Source: Auanema rhodensis (lineage: Eukaryota > Animalia > Nematoda). From it: 64,000 nt of DNA. A model generated the notes under the pieces. The model was not told where the DNA came from. It saw only the letters and a list, made by a program, of their open reading frames with translations, and made no database searches. Below, piece by piece: positions 44,401 to 54,911 of the stretch. The position numbers were made by a program, and so were the translations under genes. Each line of letters begins with the position of its first letter. Positions within the stretch are counted from its first letter, which is position 1. The stretch lies in the NCBI GenBank assembly GCA_964057225.1, contig OZ059900.1, positions 7,068,001 through 7,132,000 of the forward strand. Reading direction: 5' to 3'.

Positions 44401-47400
44401 TAATAATTGCACAATTGGTGGTTGTATTATTTGCTGGATAACATTATTTTTTATTGGTCTGCCTTCCGATCATATACCTGTTTCACATGGAGCTTTCACT
44501 ATAGTGTCATGTTCGATTTACATGCCATATACACATATATAATTATAATTCCTTTCAGACTCGTATATTTTTACTGATGATTGGATTCTCATTAGGTTTT
44601 GGATCAATGTTTGCCAAAGTTTTTATTGCTCATCGGATGGGTGCAGCTCAAAATCAGCAATTAGCCAATCGTCAAAAAGACGAGGTTAGTTTTTTCTTCT
44701 TACAAGTTTTGAAGTGATCATTCTTATCAATGGTAAGATAATCAGAATTAATGACGATTCGATTTTTTGATGTTATTATTAAAATTTTAAGGGTTTCATT
44801 TTTTATTTATAATGACATTTTTATTTAGTTTAAGTCGTGAACGTTTTTTTTTAGTTTGCAAAAAATAAAGACCATAAACTAACAATACAAACAATAGTTA
44901 CTAATCGCAAATTATGCTATCTGATGCACTTGATTGAGAATCGTTACGATAAACAGTTGTTATCCTGTAGCACATTGTTTCTCTATCATATTATTTTTAT
45001 ATTCTATTTATCAGTTGACGTATCGAGTATATTTAGTGTTGAATTATTTGTTTTATTTCCAAATTCTATGTTTTATTCTGCCGCTCTTTCCCTTATGGAA
45101 TGTGTATTTCTTCCATCCTGCATCATACCGAATTATGTTTATCCTCCTTGAATCATATAGGTATCTTAACCCCAGCTCTCCCTTTATTATTGTATTGTTA
45201 AGTCTCATCCCGTTTCCAGGCCAAAAAGCGAATCGTCATTCTAATTTCAGATCATATCTCGGCATAACTTTTACATTCAACTGTTTTTCATTGATCTTGA
45301 GTTGTTAACGTGATATTCCCATGATATCAAGATTAAATTTACCTGATACTTTATACCTTGGTGTACACAGTTACCTACAGGTGGATGGCACTCCCTGGGA
45401 AAGTATTCGAACCCTGATTGCATCTATGATTGGTCGTCCAGCTGCTTCACTTAGAAAAGCTTCCTTACATTCGCAGGGACAAATTCGGAACAGTGTTCTG
45501 AACCAGGTTGAGCATCGTCTATGTGTACTTATATGCGTGCAACCGTTACTAAAGTATATACAAAATCAAATGTTTCCTGATCTTTTCGGAATTTTTGACA
45601 GTTTCACTAGATGATTATTTTGCACAAAATTCGTATCATATTTTTTATTTAACTGCCAATTTAGCATCTAAAAACAGCCAAAAATAAACGAAATGTGTGT
45701 ATCTGCGTGTATACAGGTGCGTGTGCTTGCATACCTCTGCGTGTGTGCTGTGTGAGTATCAAAATAAAGTACACTATTTATTTTATAGCTATGAGCTGTG
45801 AGTTAAAAGAGAATCAAGTGGAAAAAAGTATATAGTTGAATTTAGTAATTTACATTTTGGTCAAATAAAAAAAATGCCATGATAGGGAAAAAACAAAGTT
45901 TAGAATGAGTTGCTATGTGATAGAGAGTATGTATGATAAGAAGCTTGGTTTAACATTTTCATTTTCGCCTTCTCTTCTATTATATAGTCCTATTCTTCTT
46001 TTGTTCACTGAAGTTATTCAGTTGATCTTGCATGGAGCATGAAGCATATGTTTATTCTTATATCTGTTAACTGCCTCTATTTGCTTATTCTAAGACTATT
46101 TTTCCCTTTCACTCTAATTATACCATTTCTTTGATGCTATTGCTATACCATCTTTCTGCTACATACAGTACTTGAAATAACAACTTCTCTGCACGTTACC
46201 TATCGAAGTGTATATATCAAATATTTTTCATGCACATCTGTGTGTTGCACTTAATATCTTTCTGTTTGTGTTTGAAATATGATTTTGGTCACATGTTTGA
46301 CACTGTCTATCGTTAAAGTCATGCAACACTACTAACATGTTGTAAGACCACTGTTATTACGCCTTGTCTAACAATCTTTTATTTGCTAACTTCTAGTGTG
46401 TGTTGCTAATGAGCTATACATTCTAATTAGCATAGTATAATTTTGAACAATGCATTCAAAAATTATATTATTTTCTTCTTTTATATTTTTTTTTCATATC
46501 TTACTTTGAATATTTTCAGCCAATCCCATCAAACAAATTTTATGCTGTTATAACAGCTTTCTTGATCTGTGATGCCATTATAAGTGTTATATGGGTCACA
46601 TTTGATCCACTAGTGGTGGATGAACAAAAATTTCCTCTACAGGTATTTTAATTTCGATCAATCTTTCTAAATATAAATGTAGGATCCGCCTGAGGGTTCA
46701 GATGATGATATCATGCTGTTGCCCAAACTGGAGCTGTGCAAAAGTGAAAATCAAGACGTTTGGACAGGTAGTTCATCTAAAACAGAAACTCATACAAAAG
46801 TAACCATTTTCAGCTCTTATATTGGGATATAAATGTCTTCTTCTCATTTTTGGTACTTTTTTATCATATGAGTGCCGAAATTTAAAATTGCGTCATATGA
46901 ATGATATTCGTTTGATTGGCTTATCCATATATAATGTAGCTATTCTTTCAATGATCACGGGACCTATTTCTGTATATTTGATTCGCAATCAACCAAATGC
47001 GTCTTTTGCTTTTATTTCTGTTACTGGTGATTCAAAATAATTTGGCATATGATGTTTTAACTTAAAATTTTCAGTCTTACTCTGTACATATATATCCTTG
47101 GGTCTCATATTTATTCCGAAAATTCGTCATATCTATACAGTACCTCCTTCTGAAGAAGAAGTTCGTTTAGTTCTGCTCAATCAAAATATTGTTATCATCA
47201 ATTTCAGATCCAAAACGGGGGTAATGGCGTAATGAAAGGTCTGACAAAGCCTGAACAACGTCGGTTCGAACAATTAGTTGCCGAAAATGAACATCTACAG
47301 AAGCAGATAGATGAGGTTTAGTTTTTTTTATTTTGAAGAAAATAAATAAATTTTATTAAGAAAGAAAAAAGAATACAGCAGTGTAGACAACGGTTGGATA

Positions 47401-47684
47401 CATTGAGAAGACGAAACTCAGTGCAGACTAGGCTAAATAATAATATAATAGAGAATGGTATAAACTCTCTAATAAGTATCAAAAAAATACATGTTCTTGT
47501 AGATGAAAGCGCTTCTAATGGAGCAAATACAACCACAACAACAGCATATATAGAAATGGATACATTTAATAAGAACAAAGGTATTGTATTCTATAAAAAC
47601 TTTAAAAAAATTGAAATTACAGGACGGTATGTAACAATACAAAATGATCTGTCATCTTGTTCATCTGATGAAATCCTTTTATGA
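41409..47684 (+). CDS. gbb-1: Metabotropic GABA-B receptor subunit 1 (class C GPCR)
   Basis: Signal peptide, then [20 protein letters not shown]|[115 protein letters not shown]...[16 protein letters not shown], a C-terminal coiled coil, and a SDEILL* end. There is one apparent 2-nt frame defect near 44505 (see findings). Confidence 0.95.
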
Positions 47685-47965
47685 TTTTTATGTTTAATTT
47701 TAATAACTTTTGATAGATATTAATAAAATTATATTGTTCTCTTCGTTTTGCTAAAATAACATTTCAAGTGGGAATTTGTAATATATTCTAATAAATTGAC
47801 TTTTTCACAGAAGGAAGTGATGAGTATGAATAAGTGTGAATTATTTGATAATAGTTTTCACAAAGAAATTCCGATCTTACTTACTGTAACTCAACTGAAT
47901 AATAATAACTATATAACTATATCATCTCAACATTCATATCTTCTTTCAAAATTGCATTGTCAATG

Positions 47966-48260
47966 CTAGCAAGCATAATGAACCACTTCAATCATACGAT
48001 CAATTTCTTTTTTATCTATCACTCTTAGAGCAGCCTTGCAAATCTCTTCAAATTCTCTCCTAAAAACGGTTTGTATCGAGAGCAGGCGCTGGTTCAAATA
48101 TACAATGGCGGTAGCTACATTATGATCGAATAAGTATTCGCTATCAAGACATTTCATTTTTGAGCACTCTCCCTTCAAATCGTAGTACACCTCAATAATA
48201 AATTGAAAGTTCATGTTCCGTAAGTTTGCTTTGCTTACGGGGTTTCAGAGAAACTCATCT
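47966..48260 (-). pseudogene. Decayed paralogue fragment of orphan gene A (82-aa ORF with an upstream in-frame TGA), lying in the 340-bp bulge of the left palindrome arm
   Basis: By-eye collinear similarity to gene A: MN..ECSKMKCLD / MN..ECLKARSSD; NVATAI / NVISSAI; RREF / DRIF; DRMIEVVHYA / DRVLEMIHHV, with near-equal spacing. Confidence 0.6.
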
Positions 48261-48539
48261 TTATTGAATTTTTTTATTTAAAAAATCAAAAAAAGTTTAA
48301 GACAATCATGGTCTGAGAAACAAAGAGATCTAATTAATGACTTGAAATGTAGAAAATAGCAAAAATCGGAAGACAGAAAAAGAAATGTATTTGCGTTATT
48401 GATTGGATATTGGTATATTGGTATATTTGTATTTTAGATTGAGTGTATATAACATCTTAGTCTAAATGATATGTTCTAGGTACAACGCATACATTCAGTG
48501 GATCGGATCCTCTACAGGTTAGTTTCAAAAATAAAAAAA

Positions 48540-48593
48540 TCTCTCTCTCTCTCTATACATCTCTCTCTCTCTCTCTCTATACATCTCTCTCTC
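48540..48593. repeat. (TC)n microsatellite in the left arm, mirrored as (GA)n at ~50884-50937
   Basis: Read directly; the TATACA interruptions are identical in both arms. Confidence 0.9.
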
Positions 48594-48768
48594 ACTTGAT
48601 TACTTTCTCACCTACTCTCTCATCAGTTCTTCTCTGAATATCTGTAATCAACTGTGAATGTTTCTGAAATTCTGGAGAAATTGTGAACTATTTACTGATA
48701 TTTCAATGTTTTTTTACATTTCTGTCTAAACTGTAGATCCTAAATTATTTGTTAACTCTAAGAGTATT

Positions 48769-48842
48769 GGCGTGATGACCAAGTGGTTATGCATGATGTC
48801 TTCCCCACTATCATCGAAAGTTCGATTCCTTCAATGAATTTT
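48769..48842 (+). ncRNA. tRNA-like RNA polymerase III module (box A + box B + T4), left arm
   Basis: Box A TGACCAAGTGG (48776-48786), box B GTTCGATTCC (48820-48829), an ATGAT/ATCAT stem between them, T-arm-like GAAAG-TTCGATT-CCTTC, and TTTT at 48839-48842. There is no acceptor stem, so this is not a functional tRNA. Confidence 0.55.
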
Positions 48843-49571
48843 GAAAAAATCAATACTAATTCTAAAATCTAAAAAACGTTTGGATGGATTTGGCTTGTAA
48901 AAAATGATATCTTTTGATGTTTATAGACGTACAAAACTTGTTCCACGCCGTGTTTTTGAATTATCTTTCTTTGTGTGAATAGCTAATGAATAGGTCTAGT
49001 CCAATGCAAAAGTTCATAACGATATCTCTGTTGGTACAAAAGTTATAACTTTCTAAAAATAAGACAAAAAGCAAAAACTTTGACTTTAAACGGCTTTATC
49101 TTCTTAACCAATGAGTTTTTTCAAAATGTTTAAACAGATCCGAGCTCTACTCGTAAAGATCTTTCGAATGAGTTGTTGATCTAAAGGATTAGAGCATTTT
49201 GAAATTTTAAGAAATAAAGAATTTGACCAATTTAGAATTAAAAAAATAAAATTTTTCAGTTTTCTAACATTTAAGTATTGCATTTGAATAAACTAAACAC
49301 GCTGATTTCAAATTTGCAAACAGAATTTTTCAATTCTCACGCTGAAAGGAGTTGTGAGACTTTGAAATTTTTGGCGTTAATCATTCAGAAGGCTATAACT
49401 CCGTTAAAATGGAATTTCAGAGACTCCCACTTAGTTTAATCGTCTTCTCCGTCTTTCATTCATCTTGAATGTTGTTTTCACGACTTTTCAACAAAATTTT
49501 TATGTTTTGTTAAAATTGTTCAATTCCATGTACTCCCCCCTTACCTACTTTTCGATCATAACAATCGATAT

Positions 49572-49905
49572 CATTGGAATTCTCAAAACATTTTCTAATT
49601 TCTTTGTTAACTATGTGGTACAATCTAGACTCAATAACGCTTAGATATATCATATAAGATGAAACTTTCATTGAAATTCTTAAAACATTTTCTACTTTTC
49701 TTGTTAACTATGTGGTATAATCAAGACTCAATAACGCTTAGATATATCATATAAGACACACATAGTAACAACACAAGGAAATTAGTGAATATTTTAAGAA
49801 ATCAAATGAAAGACTCATCTTATATGATATATCTAAGCGTTATTGAGTCTTGATTATACCACATAGTTAACAAAGAAATTAGAAAATGTTTTGAGAATTC
49901 CAATG
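49572..49905. repeat. ~98-bp unit repeated at the palindrome centre: two direct copies, then a partial and a full inverted copy
   Basis: Unit CATTG(G/A)AATTCT...GTTAACTATGTGGTA...GACTCAATAACGCTTAGATATATCATATAAGA at ~49572-49668 and ~49669-49756; inverted copies at ~49759-49808 (partial) and ~49809-49905. Confidence 0.9.
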
Positions 49906-50634
49906 ATATCGATTGTTATGATCGAAAAGTAGGTAAGGGGGGAGTACATGGAATTGAATAATTTTAACAAAAAATAAAAATTTTGTTGAAAAGTCGTGAA
50001 AACAACATTCAAGATGAATGAAAGACGGAGAAGACGATTAAACTAAGTGGGAGTCTCTGAAGTTCCATTTTAACGAAGTTATAGCCTTCTGAATGATTAA
50101 CGCCAAAAATTTCAAAGTCTCACAACTCCTTTCAGCGTGAGAGTTGAGAAATTCGGTTTTCAAATTTAAAATCAGCGTGTTTAGTTTATTCAAATACAAT
50201 ACTTAAATGTTAGAAAACTGAAAAATTTTATTTTTTTAATTCTAAATTGGTCAAATTCTTTATTTCTTAAAATTTCAAAATGCTCTAATCCTTTAGATCA
50301 ACAACTCATTCGAAAGATCTTTACGAGTAGAGCTCGAATCTATTAAAAAATTTTGAGAAAACTCATTGGTTAAGAAGATAAAGCCGTTCAAAGTCAAAGT
50401 TTTAGCTTTTTGTCTTATCTTTAGAAAGTTATAACTTTTGTACCAACAGAGATATCGTTATGAACTTTTGCATTGGACTAGACCTATTCATTAGCTATTC
50501 ACATGAAGAAAGAGAATTCAAAAAAACGGCGTGGAACAAGTTTTATACGTCTATAAACATCAAAAGATATCATTTTTTACAAGCCAAATCCATCCAAACG
50601 TTTTTTAGATTTTAGAATTAGTATTGATTTTTTC

Positions 50635-50708
50635 AAAATTCATTGAAGGAATCGAACTTTCGATGATAGTGGGGAAGACATCATGCATAACCACTTGGTC
50701 ATCACGCC
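50635..50708 (-). ncRNA. tRNA-like RNA polymerase III module, right-arm copy
   Basis: Exact reverse complement of 48769-48842. Confidence 0.55.
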
Positions 50709-51564
50709 AATACTCTTAGAGTTAACAAATAATTTAGGATCTACAGTTTCGACAGAAATGTAAAAAAACATTGAAATATCAGTAAATAGTTCACAATTTC
50801 TCCAGAATTTCAGAAACATTCACAGTTGATTACAGATATTCAGAGAAGAACTGATGAGAGAGTAGGTGAGAAAGTAATCAAGTGAGAGAGAGATGTATAG
50901 AGAGAGAGAGAGAGAGATGTATAGAGAGAGAGAGAGATTTTTTTATTTTTGAAACTAACCTGTAGAGGATCCGATCCACTGAATGTATGCGTTGTACCTA
51001 GAACATATCATTTAGACTAAGATGTTATATACACTCAATCTAAAATACAAATATACCAATATACCAATATCCAATCAATAACGCAAATACATTTCTTTTT
51101 CTGTCTTCCGATTTTTGCTATTTTCTACATTTCAAGTCATTAATTAGATCTCTTTGTTTCTCAGACCATGATTGTCTTAAACTTTTTTGATTTTTTAAAT
51201 GAATGTTGAGATGATATAGTTATATAGTTATTATTATTCAGTTGAGTTACAGTAAGTAAGATCGGAATTTCTTTGTGAAATCTCTATATTACTAGATTCG
51301 AACTCTTTTAATCAAAATTTTTTTTAGTGTTCTGGAGAGAGGCAGTGTCTTATTTAGCTTTCAAATAAGTAAATTTCCTTGTTTTTGAACCCCCAGTTGT
51401 TTCAGGAATACGTAGAATCAAATATATAATTCCTGAATATGCAACAAAAATTGAAAAAATAAACAAAAAATCATAACACTTAGTTCAAAGCTACTATAAT
51501 TCTAATAATTTTAAAAAATTGGCTATAACAGAAAATATTGAGTAATATTAATCGATATTCATAT

Positions 51565-52599
51565 TTAGTCTTCAATGTCGATAGTACAGATTTTGCGTTG
51601 ATTTCTTTCTTTGCCAAACATTCTCTGTTTAACAACTCTGATTTTGTCTCTTTCAATCTAAATATACCAGTAACCAATAGTAAACAAACAAGTTATTTAC
51701 AATGTCTTTTATAAAGTCCAGATCATCTTTGGAAAAGTTTATATTGTTTGCATAAATGTAGGGATTTTCTCGATGAGGAGCTTGCATAGAAATTTCAGCA
51801 AATTTGAGGTTCATCTTCAATTAAAAGGCAAACAAAGTTAAGAAAAAAATGTAACTAACAAACTCTCTAACTCTATAGAAGGTGAATGTACTAACATCTT
51901 TCCTTGAAAGCAATATCATTTTCTAAAGAATAATTTTCAATAAAGAATAAAAAATGTCTTGTACTTGAGTACGATCCGGGTTATCTCTAAGAATGCTCTA
52001 GAAAAATAATAATATTTTACAAAACAAATAGTTTCATCTTACCACATGATGTATCATTTCAAGAACCCTGTCAGTCGTTAATTTACTAGCAGGATCATCG
52101 TTATATTTCTAAAACCCCAGTCATCTGTCATTTGAAATAGCATAACATTATTCACCTTTTCATAACAGCGGCTAAAGATTCGGTCATTTTGTTTGTTAAT
52201 GGTAAAAATGTTCAAAGTTTCTTTCTTGATAGCACTTGAAATAACATTGCCGACTCTTCCTATGTCAGAGGATCTAGCTTTCAAGCACTCCGAAATTATA
52301 CTCATTGAATCTAGCATCTCCTCACACAATGAGTTCATTTTCAGCATTCGGTCGTTGATATTGAGATGACTAGGTGTTGCAAATCTCTCAGATTGGTCAC
52401 AAAAGGTCCAATGCTTGTATTCTTCAGTGTAAAAATCTTGTTCCTTCATTGTACGGAAATAGAACACACGTTCTTGTTCAACATTTCTATGTAAATTATT
52501 ATATTCATCTGACCGCTGTATAAATTCAGCTTCAAGTTCTTTCATATTTTTCACTGTGCGTGTGACTGAATCATAAGAATCATCATCGGTATTGTTCAT
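51565..52599 (-). CDS. Orphan gene A, ~270-aa predicted helical protein of unknown function, 6 exons
   Basis: MNNTDDDS...CYEK|KYNDDPASKLTTDRVLEMIHHV|SILRDNPDRTQ|KMILLSRKDVSTFTFYRVREF|MNLKFAE...FIKDI|IERDKIR...IDIED*. Five short GT-AG phase-0 introns keep the frame open; a TTCCAG acceptor lies directly before the ATG. Confidence 0.75.
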
Positions 52600-53369
52600 C
52601 TGGAAAGTAGTCCGACGGTATTACTATAATGAATTATTCTTAATTTAATAAAATAACAAATTAGCAGAAATATGAGATATGAGATATTAACAAGATCAAT
52701 CGATAATATTTTGTTGGATTTTGTATTTTTCCCTAAGACAATTTCCCGCGTAGCAATAGAGCACATATTCAATCTGATTAATCTGTACTACAGTAATCTG
52801 CTACAGTTCCTTTTAGATATGGAGCACAAATGTTATTCGTAAATAATTAAGATCATAAATGAAGAATCTATTATAGTAAAAAAATTTCTGAACAAAATTA
52901 CTAGTACTGGTTGAGAGATGCACGGATGTCAAAATCTATTATCCTTTTTTTCTGCAGTTTCAACCTACGTGGTGTAGTCTTCTATTCTTTCTTGAATGTG
53001 CCAGCTATAAAACATATTTAGCCCAATTCTCTCTTCTGATGGGGTCTGCTTTTTCTTCCTATTGTTTTATGTTGCCTGCTTCTTTAATACGTATTTGAAC
53101 CTCTGTGTTCTCTTGGTCTTATTTATCGTGATCAATATTCAGTATTTCAAATGTCAATGCTCCTCTTTTCTGATACTGATACGAAAGCTGTTTTACAAAA
53201 ATAAATAATTGATTCTGAAACTTTAGTTTTGTCTTGATAAATAATTATTGATAAGAATGAAGATATTCTATATGCAACAATGCCAAAAAAACAAGACAAA
53301 AAAAATTTTATTGATATGCGATGCAATTTACAAAGAAAAATATTAAAGGTACATGTAAGATATCAATAA

Positions 53370-54049
53370 TCACAATTCAGCTTTCTTCTCATCGAAGTTC
53401 TCACAATTTCTCAGACTTAAAGATAGTATAATGTTGATCAAAGAAAAAAAAACTCACTAAGTTGATTTCATAATTCCTCTCATTCGTTGAAAATATTTTT
53501 TGGTATACTTGAACTCCAGTATCATACCATCAGGGATAGGCAAATTCGCTTTTACATGTTTCTCAACTTGATTACAAATGAATTTCATATATTCAGAAAT
53601 GAGAGAATAGAGTTTACGATACTCATTTTGAATCAAATAATTGAATCTCTCCTCCTCATTCATATGTTCCGTATGTACTTGCATTAAAAATCGAATTTGG
53701 CCAATTGTTTGTCTTAGTTTAATTGAATCACTACAAGCTAGATTGCTTGAGCGTAGATCTGATATCACGTCATCTTCCTTGGCTGTCAATTTGGCATTGC
53801 CATCATTCAGTTCCTTCGCGAATGCTGGGAAAAGATTACGGAGACAATGAAGTCGTTTCTCACGATCAATTTTGTGAGCTTTAATTCGATCTATTTCCAT
53901 CATTTGTTCATCAACTTGTTTAGTCTGTGAGTTTTCATAAACTTCTTCTTCCATTTGAAAAAAATCAAAATTCCCGTAAAAAGGTACATCCTGAACAAGT
54001 CATTAACACCTATTAAATGTACAAATATGAAACAAACCAAATCAGACAT
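53370..54049 (-). CDS. Orphan gene B, ~195-aa charged helical protein of unknown function, 3 exons
   Basis: MSDL|DVPFYGNFDFFQMEEEVYENS...RGIMKST|YLRNCENFDEKKAEL*. Two short GT-AG introns; AATAAA on the minus strand ~60 nt after the stop. Confidence 0.72.
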
Positions 54050-54911
54050 TTTGGGAGGTTTGCAACAATGAATCAAAATTGATATTAACTATAAAAATAA
54101 ATATACACGTAGTAAATATATGCTATATAAATAGAACAAAGAGAACAACAACACAAATAACAACCAATGAATTTATAATTTTCTCAAGATGTAAAAGACT
54201 AATAAAGTCGTTCAAATTCATAAACGCTAATAAAGTCGTTGATTGGTCCCGCTTATTCCGACAAAGTGAACATGATATATTACAAGTTTGCTTACCGCCA
54301 AGAATCGCGTACGTGAGTAACTGTAACGTAATCCAATTACCGTACTACTGTTTTTTAGTAAAAAATAGTAATAAGAACAATTTGAAGTAATACTGATATT
54401 GTAGCATAAGTCCATAAATCTATTCAAATTGAAATTTTCCAAAAATATAAATGTTGAAAGATTAGATCCAACTATAAGTTATTCAAGAAGAAAATGTTGA
54501 ATAAAAATAACAGGTTTTAACTAAATAACTCACCAAGAACTGATTATATTTTCAAAAAAATCAAAGATAAAAATTTTTCTTGAATTTTTTAAAGTTCTCT
54601 TTGAACTGCTCTCTTTGTTCATGCCATACAATTTCATTGTCCTGTCTTCTACTGACCTACTGTCATTGCTTCGTTTCGAAAGTCTAACTTTGCATTTTTT
54701 CAATTCTCATTGAAACAGTATTAATCAGATGTTTGCAAGCCCGATACGTATACAATTCAAGCTATTTATTCCATGAAGTTCTTGTTTGTTCATGTTAAAT
54801 TAATCAATACAAAAATGTAGGCAATTTACATTCTGTTTATTTAACGGTACGAAAATTTAAAAATAATAACTTTACCAACATCTATATAACAACTATTATT
54901 ACAATGTATAT

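Larger units (their letters stand above)
47856..51280. repeat. Large inverted repeat / palindrome (foldback-like element). Core 48276-51200 with ~1.44-kb arms; outer 80-bp extension 47856-47935 pairs with 51201-51280
   Basis: 48276 onward is the reverse complement of 51200 backward almost base for base (paired coordinates sum to 99476-99477). The unpaired centre is only ~45 nt (~49714-49758). No transposase ORF and no clear target-site duplication were seen. Confidence 0.96.

Noticed and set aside
48769-48842. Functional tRNA gene
   Set aside because: No acceptor-stem pairing and a non-canonical anticodon loop; kept only as a tRNA-like module.
49572-49905. CRISPR-like array at the palindrome centre
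   Set aside because: Eukaryotic context; units are ~98-bp contiguous repeats with no unique spacers, and there are no cas genes.
51340-51360. miR-34-like sequence AGGCAGTGTCTTA
   Set aside because: Only the 5' part matches, and no precursor hairpin is evident.
51480-51677. 65-aa ORF from the track as a separate gene
   Set aside because: Overlaps the last exon of orphan gene A in a different frame; the spliced phase-0 model explains the region.
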